Of a stretch of DNA of 64,000 nucleotides, positions 1 to 9,921 are shown one piece after another (the first letter of the stretch is position 1; every line of letters starts with the position of its first letter). Below the pieces are notes generated by a model. The model was not told the DNA's origin and did no database searches. It saw only the letters and a program-made list of their open reading frames with translations. The stretch is from NCBI GenBank assembly GCA_035526585.1, contig DATLCC010000065.1:11581-75580 (forward strand), read 5' to 3'. The translations under genes were made by a program, and so were the position numbers. Origin of the DNA: Thermoplasmatota archaeon. Lineage in GTDB: Archaea > Thermoplasmatota > SW-10-69-26 > JACQPN01 > JAJPHT01.

Positions 1-135
1 GCAGCGAGGGCGCCGCCGGCGCTCGTGCCGTACACCGCGTCGGGGACGAAGCCCGCGGCCTGCAACGACGCGAGCGCGCCGGTCGCGTAGGCGGCGCGGT
101 TCGCTCCTCCCTCGACGACGAGCGCGGGCACAGCG
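1..135 (-). CDS. patatin-like phospholipase, N-terminal fragment; gene continues beyond the left window edge
   Basis: Reverse-complement translation of nt 1-135 reads VPALVVEGGANRAAYATGALASLQAAGFVPDAVYGTSAGGALA. This matches the patatin GGxR/K and GxSxG (GTSAG) motifs. A GTG start is possible near 133-135. Confidence 0.45.
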
Positions 136-249
136 CGCGATGGTCGCTGTCGGGTCAAGAGCGTTGCGCCGGCGCGCCCTCTTGAAGCCGAAGCCTGCGA
201 GAGGTGCACGATGGCAACGATGATGTGAGCGGGCTGAGGTGCGCGACGC

Positions 250-615
250 ATGGACGAGTCCTTCTTCAAGCAGGCCTACGAGCGCGACGCGACGAACAAG
301 GCGAAGCAGTCGTGGAGCGACTACTGGGGCTGGGTCAAGACGTTCTACGCGGGGAAGTCGTTCCCGCCGGTCCCTGGCTGGAGCGCGCGCGAGAAGGATC
401 TCGTCGCGAAGGCGCCCGCGCAGCGCGAGGCCATCGAGCGCACGGGCCGCGCGCTCGCCGCCGAGTGGGCGAAGGACAACAGCGTTCGCAAGGTCGCGAC
501 TTCCGACCTCCAGGCGTGGGGGAAACGCTTCAGCGACGCCGCGAAGACGTCCGACGGGCTCGCCGCTGCGCTCGCCGAGGTCGAAGGGGAATTGAAAAAG
601 CGCGGCGCGATCTAG
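250..615 (+). CDS. hypothetical protein (121 aa)
   Basis: ORF with balanced, non-repetitive composition (MDESFFKQAYERDATNKAKQSWSDYWGWVKTFY...). I recognise no family. Confidence 0.4.
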   Translation: MDESFFKQAYERDATNKAKQSWSDYWGWVKTFYAGKSFPPVPGWSAREKDLVAKAPAQREAIERTGRALAAEWAKDNSVRKVATSDLQAWGKRFSDAAKTSDGLAAALAEVEGELKKRGAI

Positions 616-734
616 CGCCGCGAGGAAGACACAGAGGAAGGCGAAATGGGAGGACGACGGGAGCGGACGCAGATCGGGACGACGACGATGTCGTCTCGCC
701 GTCCCGCTCCCGCTTCCGCCTCCTCTTCCGGTCG

Positions 735-1337
735 TCAACAGAGCGAGAGGTCCGCGTAGACGCAGGCGTTCAGGTCGTCGTTCCCCGTGAAGGGCGCGAC
801 GGCCGGGACGAAGACGTCCTGTCCGGTCTCGGCCTCGATCTGCGCGATCGTTTCCCACGTCGCGCCGTCGAGGTCGCCAAGCTCGCTTTCATCGAAGTCG
901 AACTCGCATTCGGTCTGCACTCCGGCCGCGTCGCAGATGTCCTGCGTGCCGACGACGCTCGCGTCGACGTCGACGCCGTTCGATTCGGCGTAGACGTCCA
1001 CATTGGCGTCCACGTCGGTGTGGACGTGGAGCATCTCTTCGATGTCGTCGACGAAGGCGCTCAGGCAGAGGCTGAACCAGAGCCAGAACCCCTTCTCGCT
1101 GTCTTCGTGTGCGTAGGAAGCGTCCGTGTCGGCGAGCGCTTCCGTCTCGTTCTCATCGATCAGGCCTGCATCGACGCTGTGATACGAATCGTTCGCATCT
1201 CCCGGACCGTCCGGGTCGCAATCGGGGCAGGGCGCATTTTGCGCCGCCGCGGCGCCTGCGAGGAGCAGGAGCCCGGCGAGCACGATGAGCGTGGTGTAGC
1301 CGCGCATCGGCCGCTCGTACTCGGGACCGGATATCAC
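735..1337 (-). CDS. secreted acidic protein, D/E-rich with VDVD-type repeats
   Basis: N-terminal signal peptide (LIVLAGLLLLAGAAAAQNA). Very acidic mature part with repeated DVD/VDV motifs and several Cys. Confidence 0.5.
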   Translation of the reverse strand: MISGPEYERPMRGYTTLIVLAGLLLLAGAAAAQNAPCPDCDPDGPGDANDSYHSVDAGLIDENETEALADTDASYAHEDSEKGFWLWFSLCLSAFVDDIEEMLHVHTDVDANVDVYAESNGVDVDASVVGTQDICDAAGVQTECEFDFDESELGDLDGATWETIAQIEAETGQDVFVPAVAPFTGNDDLNACVYADLSLC

Positions 1338-1382
1338 CGCACTGGTTCAGCGCGGGAAGGGAGCGGCGGCGTCAGGGATGCT

Positions 1383-1967
1383 TCAAGGACGGAGCTTCGC
1401 GGCGAGCGCCGCCTTGGCTTCGGGCCACTCGCGATCGATGAAGCTGAAGTAGGGCGAGTCGCGGAGGTTCCCATGCACGTCGCGTCGGTGGTTGCGGAGG
1501 ATCCCTTCGAAGGTCGCGCCCAGCGCCGCGATGGCCTCGCGGCTGCGCGTGTTGCGCGCGTCGGTGACGATCTGGATGCGCGCGAGGCCCATCGCCTCGA
1601 ACCCGTGGGAAAGGAGCAGGAGCTTCGCCTCGCGGTTGGCGCCGGAGCGTCGGAACGGCGCGACCATCCACGTATGGCCGATCTCCGCGCAGCGATCCTT
1701 CTCGCTCCAGTCGAAGAGGCTCGTCGATCCCATGACGTGGCCGTTCTCCGGGTCGCGCAGCAGGAACGGGATCGCCTTCCCCGCGGGCCGGTCCGTCTGG
1801 CGATCCAGGATCCACTGCCGCATCGCAGCCACGCCGCGCGGCGCGGTCGAGGTCCAGCGGAAGACATCGTCGTCGGGAGCGATGGCCGCCGCGAGCGCCT
1901 CCGCGTGCTCGACGCGCAGCGGCTCCAGCGTCACGCGGCGGCCCTTGAGGACGATGCTGTGCTCCAC
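1383..1967 (-). CDS. GNAT family N-acetyltransferase (RimJ/RimL-like)
   Basis: VEHSIVLKGRRVTLEPLRVEHAEAL start typical of RimJ/RimL. GNAT core (IGHTWMVAPFRRSGANREAKLLLLSHGF). GTG start at about 1965-1967, so the longer ORF is probably 5'-extended. Confidence 0.7.
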   Translation of the reverse strand: MEHSIVLKGRRVTLEPLRVEHAEALAAAIAPDDDVFRWTSTAPRGVAAMRQWILDRQTDRPAGKAIPFLLRDPENGHVMGSTSLFDWSEKDRCAEIGHTWMVAPFRRSGANREAKLLLLSHGFEAMGLARIQIVTDARNTRSREAIAALGATFEGILRNHRRDVHGNLRDSPYFSFIDREWPEAKAALAAKLRP

Positions 1968-2200
1968 GGGTCTGGAGCAGAGGCCATCCCCCTGAAGCTT
2001 TGCGAGACACGTGACACAAGTTGTCGGCGGACGCGCGAGCCAGGGTGGTCTTCTTCGGGATGGGGTCCGGGGTAGGGACGGGCGAAGGCCGACGGTCGAG
2101 CCGAGACCTTTGTCCATCCCCTTCCCCATCCCGACCCCGAAAGAGACACCGTTGGCACGGGTGCAACATTTTCAAGCGCGGCTGTGCTGCGGCTCATCCC

Positions 2201-3181
2201 ATGCCCCCTCTGCTGCGGCCCGACAGGATGGGGATCGCCGCCGCCGCCCTTGCGCTTCGCAACGGGAAGCTCGTCGTCTTCCCCACGGAGACGGTGTATG
2301 GGGTCGGCGCGCACGCGCTGGATGCCGAGGCGGTGCGTCGGATCTTCGACGCGAAGGGGCGCCCCGCGGACAACCCGCTCATCGTCCACGTGGCCGACGT
2401 CGCCGCCGCGAGGGCGCTCGCGCGCTCGTGGCCCGCGGCCGCGGAGACGCTCGCGCGCGCGTTCTGGCCCGGGCCGCTGACGCTCGTGCTTCCGCGCGCG
2501 CCGGGCGTGCCCGACGTCACGACGGGCGGCCTCGACAGCGTCGCCCTGCGCGTCCCGAGCCACGGCGTCGCCCGGATGCTGCTCGCCGCCGCGGGCGTCC
2601 CCGTCGCCGCGCCCAGCGCGAACCGCAGCGGACGCCCGAGCCCCACGCGCGTGGAGGACGCGCTCCACGACCTGGGGGGCGCGGTGGAATGCTATCTCGA
2701 CGGCGGGCCCACCGACGTCGGGCTCGAGTCGACGGTCGTCGGCCTGCTGGACGCCGAGCCCACCATCCTGCGCCAGGGCGGCCTGCCGCGCGAGGCCATC
2801 GAGGCCGTCGTCGGGCCCGTGAGGGTCGCGACGCACGGCGACGTCGCGCGCGCGCCGGGGATGAAGCACCGGCACTACTCGCCGCGCGCGCGGCTCCACG
2901 TCGTGGATGGCCCCGCGGACGCGCTCGTGACGAAGCTGCGCGCCGAGGGGCGCCGCGTCGCGCACGTGGCGGGCGCCGAGCGCGGGCTCTCCGGCCCGGA
3001 TGCGCGCGCGCCCGGCCGCAGCGACGAGCCCGAGGCGTGGGCGCGCCAGATCTTCGCCCTGATGCGCGATCTCGACGGCGCGGGCTACGAGGACATCGTG
3101 GTCGAGGCGATCCCCGAGCGCGGCGTGGGTGCCGCGGTCATGGATCGGCTGCGCAGAGGCGCAGCGCGCGAAGGAGACTGA
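2201..3181 (+). CDS. sua5: L-threonylcarbamoyladenylate synthase Sua5/TsaC (YrdC domain plus Sua5 C-terminal domain)
   Basis: LVVFPTETVYGVGAHALD, DAKGRPADNPLIVHV and PSANRSGRPSPT YrdC motifs. About 326 aa. ATG MPPLL at 2201; the ORF upstream of that is Arg-rich junk. Confidence 0.85.
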   Translation: MPPLLRPDRMGIAAAALALRNGKLVVFPTETVYGVGAHALDAEAVRRIFDAKGRPADNPLIVHVADVAAARALARSWPAAAETLARAFWPGPLTLVLPRAPGVPDVTTGGLDSVALRVPSHGVARMLLAAAGVPVAAPSANRSGRPSPTRVEDALHDLGGAVECYLDGGPTDVGLESTVVGLLDAEPTILRQGGLPREAIEAVVGPVRVATHGDVARAPGMKHRHYSPRARLHVVDGPADALVTKLRAEGRRVAHVAGAERGLSGPDARAPGRSDEPEAWARQIFALMRDLDGAGYEDIVVEAIPERGVGAAVMDRLRRGAAREGD

Positions 3182-3238
3182 GACCCCTGCCGCACGGGAG
3201 GTTGGGGGAGGCGTTTGAGAAATGGGGCGGCAGGGGTC
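3182..3238. terminator. perfect 12-bp stem hairpin (GACCCCTGCCGC ... GCGGCAGGGGTC) immediately after the sua5 stop
   Basis: Inverted repeat read directly in the sequence. About 33-nt loop. Confidence 0.4.
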
Positions 3239-3609
3239 GGGGAGGCGTTGACGCATGGGACGATGGCGCTCGTCGGGGCGGGGGACGCCCCACGACCGCG
3301 ATGGTTCCCGACCGGAGGAGGTTCGTGCGGTGCAAGAGGGCGACCGAAGGACCGTGGGGAGTTGCAGCCCATCGGCTCTCCTTTCCGGAGTTCGTCGAGT
3401 CGCTGGAAAGGGGTCGGTGCGAACCGGAGGAGGCGAGGGTGTGCCGGGGCGCCGACCGGGAGCGTCAGCGGACCTTGAGTTGAGGGTGCAAAGCCAACCG
3501 CGCGGCGGGCGCGGCACCCCGGCGGCGCCCCTACTGCCGACCTCGGTATTTGGAGCTTGTGAGGGCCTCGCCGAAGGGGCTCTTGTAACCGTTTGGTTAC
3601 GGGTCGCGG

Positions 3610-4119
3610 TCAGCCGTACATGACCATGGCGGAGAGCTCGTAGTTGGCGAGCCCGACGCTCGGGAGGGGCGCCTGGCTGCCGGCGACCGCCTGGAGCGTA
3701 TACGTCCCGGGGGCGGGCAGGTCCGCGGAGGTGAACGACCAGTCCACGGCGTTCCCGCTCCCGCCCAGGCCCAGCGTGTCGGAGATGACCTCGTTGCCGT
3801 CGGGGTCGATGAGCTGCAGGTTCACGTGCGCCGTGGGGGGTGCCCCGGCCTGCGCCCCGGTCAGCGCGAAGTGGATCATCGCGCTCGTGAAGGCCACGTT
3901 CTCCACCTCGATGCTCCAGCTCTGGCTGAACGGGCCCACGATCGGTCCGCTCTCCGTGATGTTGAAGTCCGAGATGTTGGCGCTGGCGGTCCCGTTGCCG
4001 CCCGACCCCGTGGGCGTCGTCGGTGTCGGGGTGGCGTCCTCGCCCTTCTTCGTGCAGCCCGACACGAGCGCGGTCGCGAGGAGGAGCGTGGCGAAAAGGA
4101 CCCAGCTGCGGCGCACCAT
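3610..4119 (-). CDS. lipoprotein (signal peptide with lipobox LVSGC), Thr/Pro-rich linker
   Basis: MVRRSWVLFATLLLATALVSGCTKKGEDATPTPTTPTGSGG. Start ATG at 4117-4119. The longer ORF upstream is Arg-rich junk. Confidence 0.55.
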   Translation of the reverse strand: MVRRSWVLFATLLLATALVSGCTKKGEDATPTPTTPTGSGGNGTASANISDFNITESGPIVGPFSQSWSIEVENVAFTSAMIHFALTGAQAGAPPTAHVNLQLIDPDGNEVISDTLGLGGSGNAVDWSFTSADLPAPGTYTLQAVAGSQAPLPSVGLANYELSAMVMYG

Positions 4120-4142
4120 CGTCCGAGCGAGGAGGCGGGCCT

Positions 4143-4862
4143 CTATGAGCGTTGTCCTTCGGGCCCTGTGGGCCATCGGGCCGTAAGCCAGGCGAACCCC
4201 GTCGCGCGGTCGCCCGGCGCGAGGTGGGCCGCGTGCCGCGACGCGACGGGGAATGCGAGGCCGTTCTGGAAGGCGAGATCGAGCACCTCGCCCGCGCCGG
4301 CCCTGTGCACCGCGCGCACGTCGGCCTCGAACGAGTAGTCGTCGGGAAGGAAGCGCGCGTCCATCGCGCCCGCGGGCTTCAGCCGGCTCGGCCCCGCCGC
4401 GAGGGGCGCCCGGTCCATCGTGTAGGCCAGCCCGCCGACCTCGAGCGCGATCTCGCCTCGGGCCCGCTGATAACGTTCCGCGTTCTCGACGAGGTCGGTG
4501 AGGAAGAGGGTGAGCGCGCCCGCGCCCTCGTGCTCGACCACGAGCCACGCCTCGACGCGCGTCTCCCAGAGGTGCAGCTCGCGCGGCCGCACGTGGACGA
4601 GCGCGGTCGCCCGCGGCTCGGGGTACGCGGTGACGAGGCGCGCCACCGAGCGCGGGTCGTCCCCCTTCGCGCGCCGCGCGGTGACCTGCACCATGTCGAG
4701 CGCCTCGGTGAGCGGCTGCCGGTGCGCGTGCACGCCGGGCGGCGCGTCGGTGGGGATCGCGACGACGTCGGCGAGGCGCGGATCGTCCTGCTCGAGCGCA
4801 GCGAGCCAGTGATCGCCGTGGCCGGGCCGCGTTCGTCCCGAGGTCAAGAAAGCACGCTCCAC
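4143..4862 (-). CDS. hypothetical protein, possible HATPase-like ATP-binding fold
   Basis: C-terminal 240 aa of the 4143..5396 ORF has ordinary composition (LFLTDLVENAERYQRARGEIALEVGG). The upstream part is Arg-rich and overlaps the FKBP gene in another frame. GTG start near 4860-4862. Confidence 0.35.
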   Translation of the reverse strand: MERAFLTSGRTRPGHGDHWLAALEQDDPRLADVVAIPTDAPPGVHAHRQPLTEALDMVQVTARRAKGDDPRSVARLVTAYPEPRATALVHVRPRELHLWETRVEAWLVVEHEGAGALTLFLTDLVENAERYQRARGEIALEVGGLAYTMDRAPLAAGPSRLKPAGAMDARFLPDDYSFEADVRAVHRAGAGEVLDLAFQNGLAFPVASRHAAHLAPGDRATGFAWLTARWPTGPEGQRS

Positions 4863-4915
4863 GTCGTCGCTCTGAGATCGAAGGACTCTGGGGGGTGAAC
4901 CCCCCAGACCCCCAT

Positions 4916-5347
4916 TCAGGCCTTCACGATCTCGTCCACGCGCACCTCGAAGGTGAGCGCCTGGCCGGCGAGGTGGTGGTTGAGATCGACCGTGACGCTC
5001 GTGTCGTCGAACGAGACGACGTCGGCGTGGTACACGTTCCCCGCCTCGTCCTCGAGGTCGAGGTGCTGCCCGACGGCGAGGTCGTCGCCTTCGAAGAGCT
5101 TCCGATCGAGCTTCGTGACGAGGCGCTCGTCGCGCGGGCCGTACGCCTCCTCGGGCGCGATGCGGACCGTGCGCGTCTCGCCTTCGCCAAGGCCGAGGAC
5201 GGCCGTCTCGAAGCCGGAGATGACCTGTCCGGCGCCCACCGTGAACTCGAGCGCCTCGTCCCCCTCGAGGTTGCTGTCGAACACGTCGCCGTTGTCGAGT
5301 CGGCCGGTGTAGCGGACGGCGACGGTGTCGCCCTTTTCCACCTTCAT
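4916..5347 (-). CDS. FKBP-type peptidyl-prolyl cis-trans isomerase (SlyD-like, with IF/flap insert)
   Basis: MKVEKGDTVAVRYTGRLDNGDVFDSN...FTVGAGQVISGFETAVLGLGEGE. Start at MKVEKG. Confidence 0.8.
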   Translation of the reverse strand: MKVEKGDTVAVRYTGRLDNGDVFDSNLEGDEALEFTVGAGQVISGFETAVLGLGEGETRTVRIAPEEAYGPRDERLVTKLDRKLFEGDDLAVGQHLDLEDEAGNVYHADVVSFDDTSVTVDLNHHLAGQALTFEVRVDEIVKA

Positions 5348-5431
5348 GTTCGGTCGTACGCGGGTCTCGTACATAAAGCGCCCGGAGCGCGAGCACAAGC
5401 GACTTGAGGGGCGCCGTTCCCTCGCGCTCCT

Positions 5432-6190
5432 GTGCGTACGTGGCTCCTCGTCGTCGCGCTCGTGGCCGCCCCGATCGGCGGCTGCCTGGGAGCGAAGGAC
5501 GACGGCGCCCGCCTGGCGCACCCCACGGACAAGGTGCCGCTGCCGCCCCGCGTCACGCCGCAGGCGCCGACGACCGCCTACAACTTCTCGGATCCGGGCT
5601 ATCGCGTGACGGGAGCGTGGAAGGCGGGCGACGGATGGGACTATGAATCCAACCAGTCGCACTTCCGTCGCGTCCGCGTGCTCGACGTTCGCACGCAGAA
5701 CGGCGGCCCCGTCTACGTCGTGGAGGAGAGGACGGGCGACGTCGGTCAGCCCGCAGCGGAGCGGACCGTCTCCTGGATCGACGGCCGCCAATGGCTCCTC
5801 CTCAACACGACGCGGGATGACGGCGGCCCCGCCGATCGATATCAGCCGGGCGTGGCGACCCGCTTCTGGAAGAACGGAAGCTTCTCCTACAACCACTCGA
5901 GCGTGCAAGCCTCGGGCCGGACGAGCGCGGAGGGATCGGTGACCGTCCAGTCGCGCCTCGCGGGCACCCACACGACGATCCTCTTTCCTTGGGGCTATCT
6001 CGAGGCGAAGAAGGTCGAGCAGGCCGCGTACGGGCGCGACGCGGCCGGGAACCGCAGCTACGCGCTCACGACGCACTACGTGCACCGCGACTACTTGAAC
6101 GACGTGCAGTATCAGCTTCCGGGCGGCGAGCTTTTCAAGCTCACCGCCGTGAAGGCGGGCGACTTCCGCCGCGGAAAGCTATCGACCTAG
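5432..6190 (+). CDS. lipoprotein, hypothetical
   Basis: Signal peptide plus lipobox (LVAAPIGGCLGAKDD). GTG start. Confidence 0.5.
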   Translation: MRTWLLVVALVAAPIGGCLGAKDDGARLAHPTDKVPLPPRVTPQAPTTAYNFSDPGYRVTGAWKAGDGWDYESNQSHFRRVRVLDVRTQNGGPVYVVEERTGDVGQPAAERTVSWIDGRQWLLLNTTRDDGGPADRYQPGVATRFWKNGSFSYNHSSVQASGRTSAEGSVTVQSRLAGTHTTILFPWGYLEAKKVEQAAYGRDAAGNRSYALTTHYVHRDYLNDVQYQLPGGELFKLTAVKAGDFRRGKLST

Positions 6191-7008
6191 GAAGCTCAAC
6201 AGGCCGAACGTCAGCGCCGTGTAGAGGACCGCGCCGCCGATCACGACGCCCAGCAGGAACTTCCAAAGCCGCATCTTCATGCTGCCGAAGACGTAGAGGG
6301 CGACCGCATCCGGGAGACCGGGCGTCGCGATGAAGACCGCGACGCCGAGGATGCCCAGTCGCTGCGCGAACCGCTCGCACTTGTCCAGCGCGGTGCGCAG
6401 CCACGGTCGCGTCTCCGCCTTCGCGCGCAACTTCTCGTTCACCTCGTCGCCGAGGAAGAAGACCATCCAGGCCGCGAGCACCTTCGCGAGGAGCGTGACG
6501 AGGATCGCGAAGACGGGGCCGATCGCGAGGGAGGCGGCGAAGAGGATCGGCTCGATGGGGAGCGGCAGCCCGATCGAGCCCACGAAGCCGTACAGGAAGA
6601 GGAAGAAGACGCTGCGCCATGCGCGCGCGAGGTCGGGCACGGCGAGGGTCACGACGAAGTGCGTGAGCATGAGCGTGCCGAGGATCGCGGCCACGCCGAC
6701 AAAGAGCGTCACCGCCTTCTGCTCGCCGTCCAGGTCGTGCGGATCGACGAGGCCGTGGCGGAAGCGGCGCCGCCCGTCGGCGGTCGAGAGGAAGGCGTAG
6801 GCGCGCCGCGCGGCGTTCGACAGCTTGTCCGGCACGGTCGCGACGCCGCGCGTGAGCGTCCGCGCGAAGCCCGCGAGGCGCGCCGTCGCGCGGTGGGCAG
6901 CGACCTCCGCCGGGTTCGAGGCGTCGTCGGCGCGCTGGTGCGCGTTCGCCTTGGCGTCCTCGAGCTTCTGGCCGATGAGCGAGCGCTCGGTCTCGATGAC
7001 GGGCGCCA
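6179..7008 (-). CDS. membrane protein with C-terminal DedA/YqaA (VTT/SNARE-associated) domain and a soluble N-terminal extension
   Basis: C-terminal YVFGSMKMRLWKFLLGVVIGGAVLY typical of DedA/YqaA. ATG at MAPVIETERS is the first start with non-junk sequence downstream. Confidence 0.5.
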
Positions 7009-7400
7009 TGGCGCGCGTCGTCACGGCGAGGCGGTCCTCGAGCTCGAGGGTCCCGTCCTCATGCAGCCGCACGAGGAGCGGATTCTCCACGCGGACGCCT
7101 CCGCTCACGATCTCCGCCCCGGTCACGCACCAGACCGGCGGCCCTCGCTCGGCGTCACCGGGCGGACCGTCGCGGAGCACGTCCTCCCACCGGAAGGGCG
7201 GGTCGACCGTCCCGCTCGTGGGGGCCGGCTCGGTCCGCAGCGACACGCGCGTCCGGAGCCGAGAGCCGGGGCGCTCGTCATCGAAGGGGTGACGCGCGCG
7301 CTCGGTGCGATGCACGACGTCGATGGGGGCGCAGCGATGCTGTGCATTGTGGCTGCATCGTCGTTGCGCAGGCGAGCAGATCCGCGTCCGCACGCAGAGA

Positions 7401-8147
7401 TCAAGGGGTGGGCCGGAGCCAGTCGTATCCGCGTTCTTCGAGCTTGAGCGCCAATTCGGGGCCGCCGCGCTGCACGACGCGCCCATCAAGCAGGACGGTG
7501 ACGTCCGTGGGCTTCACGTAGTTCAGGATCCTCTGATAGTGCGTGATGATGAGAACGCCCGTGTCCTGGGTCTTGAACGCGTTGATCCCGTCGGCGACGA
7601 CGCGGACCGCATCGATGTCCAGGCCGGAGTCGGGCTCGTCGAGGACGGCGATCGTGGGCTCCAGGACCGCCATCTGAAGCACTTCCAGGCGCTTCTTCTC
7701 GCCGCCGGAGAAGCCTTCGTTCACGTAGCGGCGCGCGAACTCCTTGGGCACGTTCATCTTCTGCATCTTCTCGAGGAAGTGCATGTTGAACTCGAGCGGC
7801 GTCAGGTCCTTCTGCTTCACGCCGTTGTACGCGGCGCGCAGGAAGTTCTGCACCGTGACGCCGGGGATGACGTGCGGATATTGGAAGGCGAGGAAGAGCC
7901 CCTTGCGGGCGCGCTCGTCGACGGGCATCTCCTTGACGCTGTGGCCCTTGACGAGGATGTCGCCCTTCGTGACCTCGTACTTCGGGTGCCCCATGAGCGT
8001 GTACGAGAGCGTGCTCTTGCCGCTCCCGTTGGGGCCCATGAGCGCGTGCACCTGGCCCTTGCGGACCTCGAGGTCCACGCCCTTGAGGATGGGCTTCCCT
8101 TCGACGCTGACGTGGAGGTCTCTGATCTCGAGCTCTGGGACTGACAT
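7401..8147 (-). CDS. sufC: Fe-S cluster assembly ATPase SufC
   Basis: Walker A GPNGSGKST. ABC signature FSGGEKKR. Walker B VLDEPDSGLD. 248 aa. Confidence 0.9.
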   Translation of the reverse strand: MSVPELEIRDLHVSVEGKPILKGVDLEVRKGQVHALMGPNGSGKSTLSYTLMGHPKYEVTKGDILVKGHSVKEMPVDERARKGLFLAFQYPHVIPGVTVQNFLRAAYNGVKQKDLTPLEFNMHFLEKMQKMNVPKEFARRYVNEGFSGGEKKRLEVLQMAVLEPTIAVLDEPDSGLDIDAVRVVADGINAFKTQDTGVLIITHYQRILNYVKPTDVTVLLDGRVVQRGGPELALKLEERGYDWLRPTP

Positions 8148-8151
8148 GATA

Positions 8152-8589
8152 TCAACCTGGGGGGGGGGGGGGAGCCGCAGCCCCCCCGCTGGATAGCTTG
8201 CGTTCGTAGATCTCGACGCCTTCGCGGAGGACGGCGAGGCTGAGGAGCGCGCACTTGAGGCGCACGGGGCTGACGGGGATGCCGAGCATCTTCACGACGT
8301 CGTCGCGCTCGATCTTCTTGATGTCATCGAGCGTCTGGCCCTTGACGCGCGACGTGAGGAGGGACGCGCTCGCCTGCGAGATGGCGCAGCCGCGGCCGGA
8401 GAACTTGACGTCCTTGATCTTGTGCGCTGCATCCACGAGGAAGGTCAGGCGGATCTGGTCGCCACACAAGGGGTTGTTCGCCTCGTGGTCCACGTCCGCG
8501 GGGTCCAGCACGCCGAAGTTCCTCGGGTGCTTGTAGTGGTCGAGGATGTGCTCCCGGTACATGTCCTCGCCGCTGCCCGGAGCCGTCAC
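8152..8589 (-). CDS. sufU: SufU/IscU-like Fe-S scaffold (NifU N-terminal domain) with unusual Pro5 C-terminus
   Basis: Conserved Cys motifs (NNPLCGDQIRLTF, FSGRGCAISQASAS, LKCALLSLAVL). The true start may be the internal MYREHILDHY. The C-terminal SSGGAAAPPPPPG is encoded by the G14 tract. Confidence 0.7.
   Translation of the reverse strand: MTAPGSGEDMYREHILDHYKHPRNFGVLDPADVDHEANNPLCGDQIRLTFLVDAAHKIKDVKFSGRGCAISQASASLLTSRVKGQTLDDIKKIERDDVVKMLGIPVSPVRLKCALLSLAVLREGVEIYERKLSSGGAAAPPPPPG
8159..8172. repeat. G14 homopolymer (C14 on the coding strand) followed by a C7 run at 8181-8187
   Basis: Read directly: cctgg gggggggggg gg agccgcag ccccccc. Confidence 0.9.
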
Positions 8590-8689
8590 TGGGATCCGCC
8601 TCCCGTCACCGCGGTAGGCACGCGATGGGCGCGATAGGACGCGACGTCCCCTCGCGTGCCTCGCGTCCTTTCCGGCGGTGCGGCTCCGA

Positions 8690-9916
8690 TCATAGCCGGA
8701 ACACCTCCCGCGCCTTGAGGAGCGCCGCCGCGAACGCGTCGACCTCTTCGCGCGTCGTGTACAGGTAGAACGAGGCGCGCGCGGTGCTCGCGATGCCCAG
8801 CGTCTGCATCAGGGGCTGCGCGCAGTGGTGGCCGGCGCGCACGGCGACGCCCTGGTCGTTGAGGAGCGAGGCGAGATCGTGCGCGTGGATGCCTTCCATC
8901 TCGACTGCGACGAGTCCTCCGCGATGCGCGGGGCCGGGGCCGATGATGCGCGTGTCGGGGACCGCGGCGATCGCCTTGAAGGCGTGCTCGACGAGCTTGT
9001 GCTCGTGGGCGACGATGTTCTCCATGCCGACGGCGTCGAGGTAGTCGATCGCGGCGTGGAGGCCGACGGCTTCCGCGATGACGGGCGTGCCCGCCTCGAA
9101 TTTCCACGGAAGCTCGTTCCACGTCGCGCCCTCGTTCGTGACGCTCCCGATCATCTCGCCGCCGAACAGGAACGGCTCCATGGCGAGGAACTCCTCCTTC
9201 TTCCCGTAGAGCACCCCGATGCCGGTGGGACCGAGCATCTTGTGGGCGCTGAAGGCGGCGAAGTCTTCGCCGGAGCTCGCGACGTCTGCCTTCACGTGCG
9301 GCACGCTCTGCGCGGCGTCGATGAGGACCTTCGCGCCCACCTCGTGCGCGAGCTTGGAGACCTCCTTCACGGGGACCACCGTGCCGAGCACGTTGCTCAT
9401 CGCGGTCATCGCGACGATGCGGGTCTTGCGGGAGAGGAGCGACCGGTAGGCCGCGAGGTCGAGCCGCCCCTCCTTCGTGAGCGGGGCGATGCGCAGACGC
9501 GCGCCGGTGATGCGGCACACCTCGAGCCAGGGGACGAAGTTGCTGTGGTGCTCCATCTGGCTGATGACGACCTCGTCGCCGGGCTTGAGCTCGCGGAGCC
9601 CTTTCGAGTACGCGACGAGGTTGAGCGCCTCGGTGCAGTTCTTCGTGAAGACGATCTCCTCCGCGCCCTTCGCGCCGACGAACTCGGCGACCCGCTCGTG
9701 CGCCAAGACGTAGAGCTCCGTCGCGCGCTCTCCCAGCTCGTGGATGCTGCGGTGCACGTTCGAGTTCGTCTCCCGGTAGAAGCCGTCCATCGCATCGAGG
9801 ACCTGCACCGGCTTCTGCGTCGTCGCCGCGTTGTCGAGGTAGACGAGGGGCTTCCCGTTCGACAGCGTGCGCTGGAGGATGGGGAAGTCCTTCCGGATGC
9901 GGGAGACGTCGAGCAT
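8690..9916 (-). CDS. sufS: cysteine desulfurase SufS (class V aminotransferase)
   Basis: LVYLDNAATTQKP. PLP lysine context SAHKMLGPTGIGVLYG. Active-site AGHHCAQP. About 408 aa from MLDVSRIRKDFP. The 5' part of the 907-aa ORF is Arg-rich junk. Confidence 0.9.
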   Translation of the reverse strand: MLDVSRIRKDFPILQRTLSNGKPLVYLDNAATTQKPVQVLDAMDGFYRETNSNVHRSIHELGERATELYVLAHERVAEFVGAKGAEEIVFTKNCTEALNLVAYSKGLRELKPGDEVVISQMEHHSNFVPWLEVCRITGARLRIAPLTKEGRLDLAAYRSLLSRKTRIVAMTAMSNVLGTVVPVKEVSKLAHEVGAKVLIDAAQSVPHVKADVASSGEDFAAFSAHKMLGPTGIGVLYGKKEEFLAMEPFLFGGEMIGSVTNEGATWNELPWKFEAGTPVIAEAVGLHAAIDYLDAVGMENIVAHEHKLVEHAFKAIAAVPDTRIIGPGPAHRGGLVAVEMEGIHAHDLASLLNDQGVAVRAGHHCAQPLMQTLGIASTARASFYLYTTREEVDAFAAALLKAREVFRL

Positions 9917-9921
9917 CTTGG

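Noticed and set aside
204-2075. 623-aa + ORF and several nested ORFs around it
   Set aside because: Arg-rich low-complexity translation. It overlaps the well-supported minus-strand GNAT and secreted-protein genes.
4866-4905. GGGGGGTGAACCCCCC hairpin after the FKBP stop
   Set aside because: Probably an ordinary intrinsic-type terminator hairpin. Mentioned only as a candidate terminator, not as a finding.
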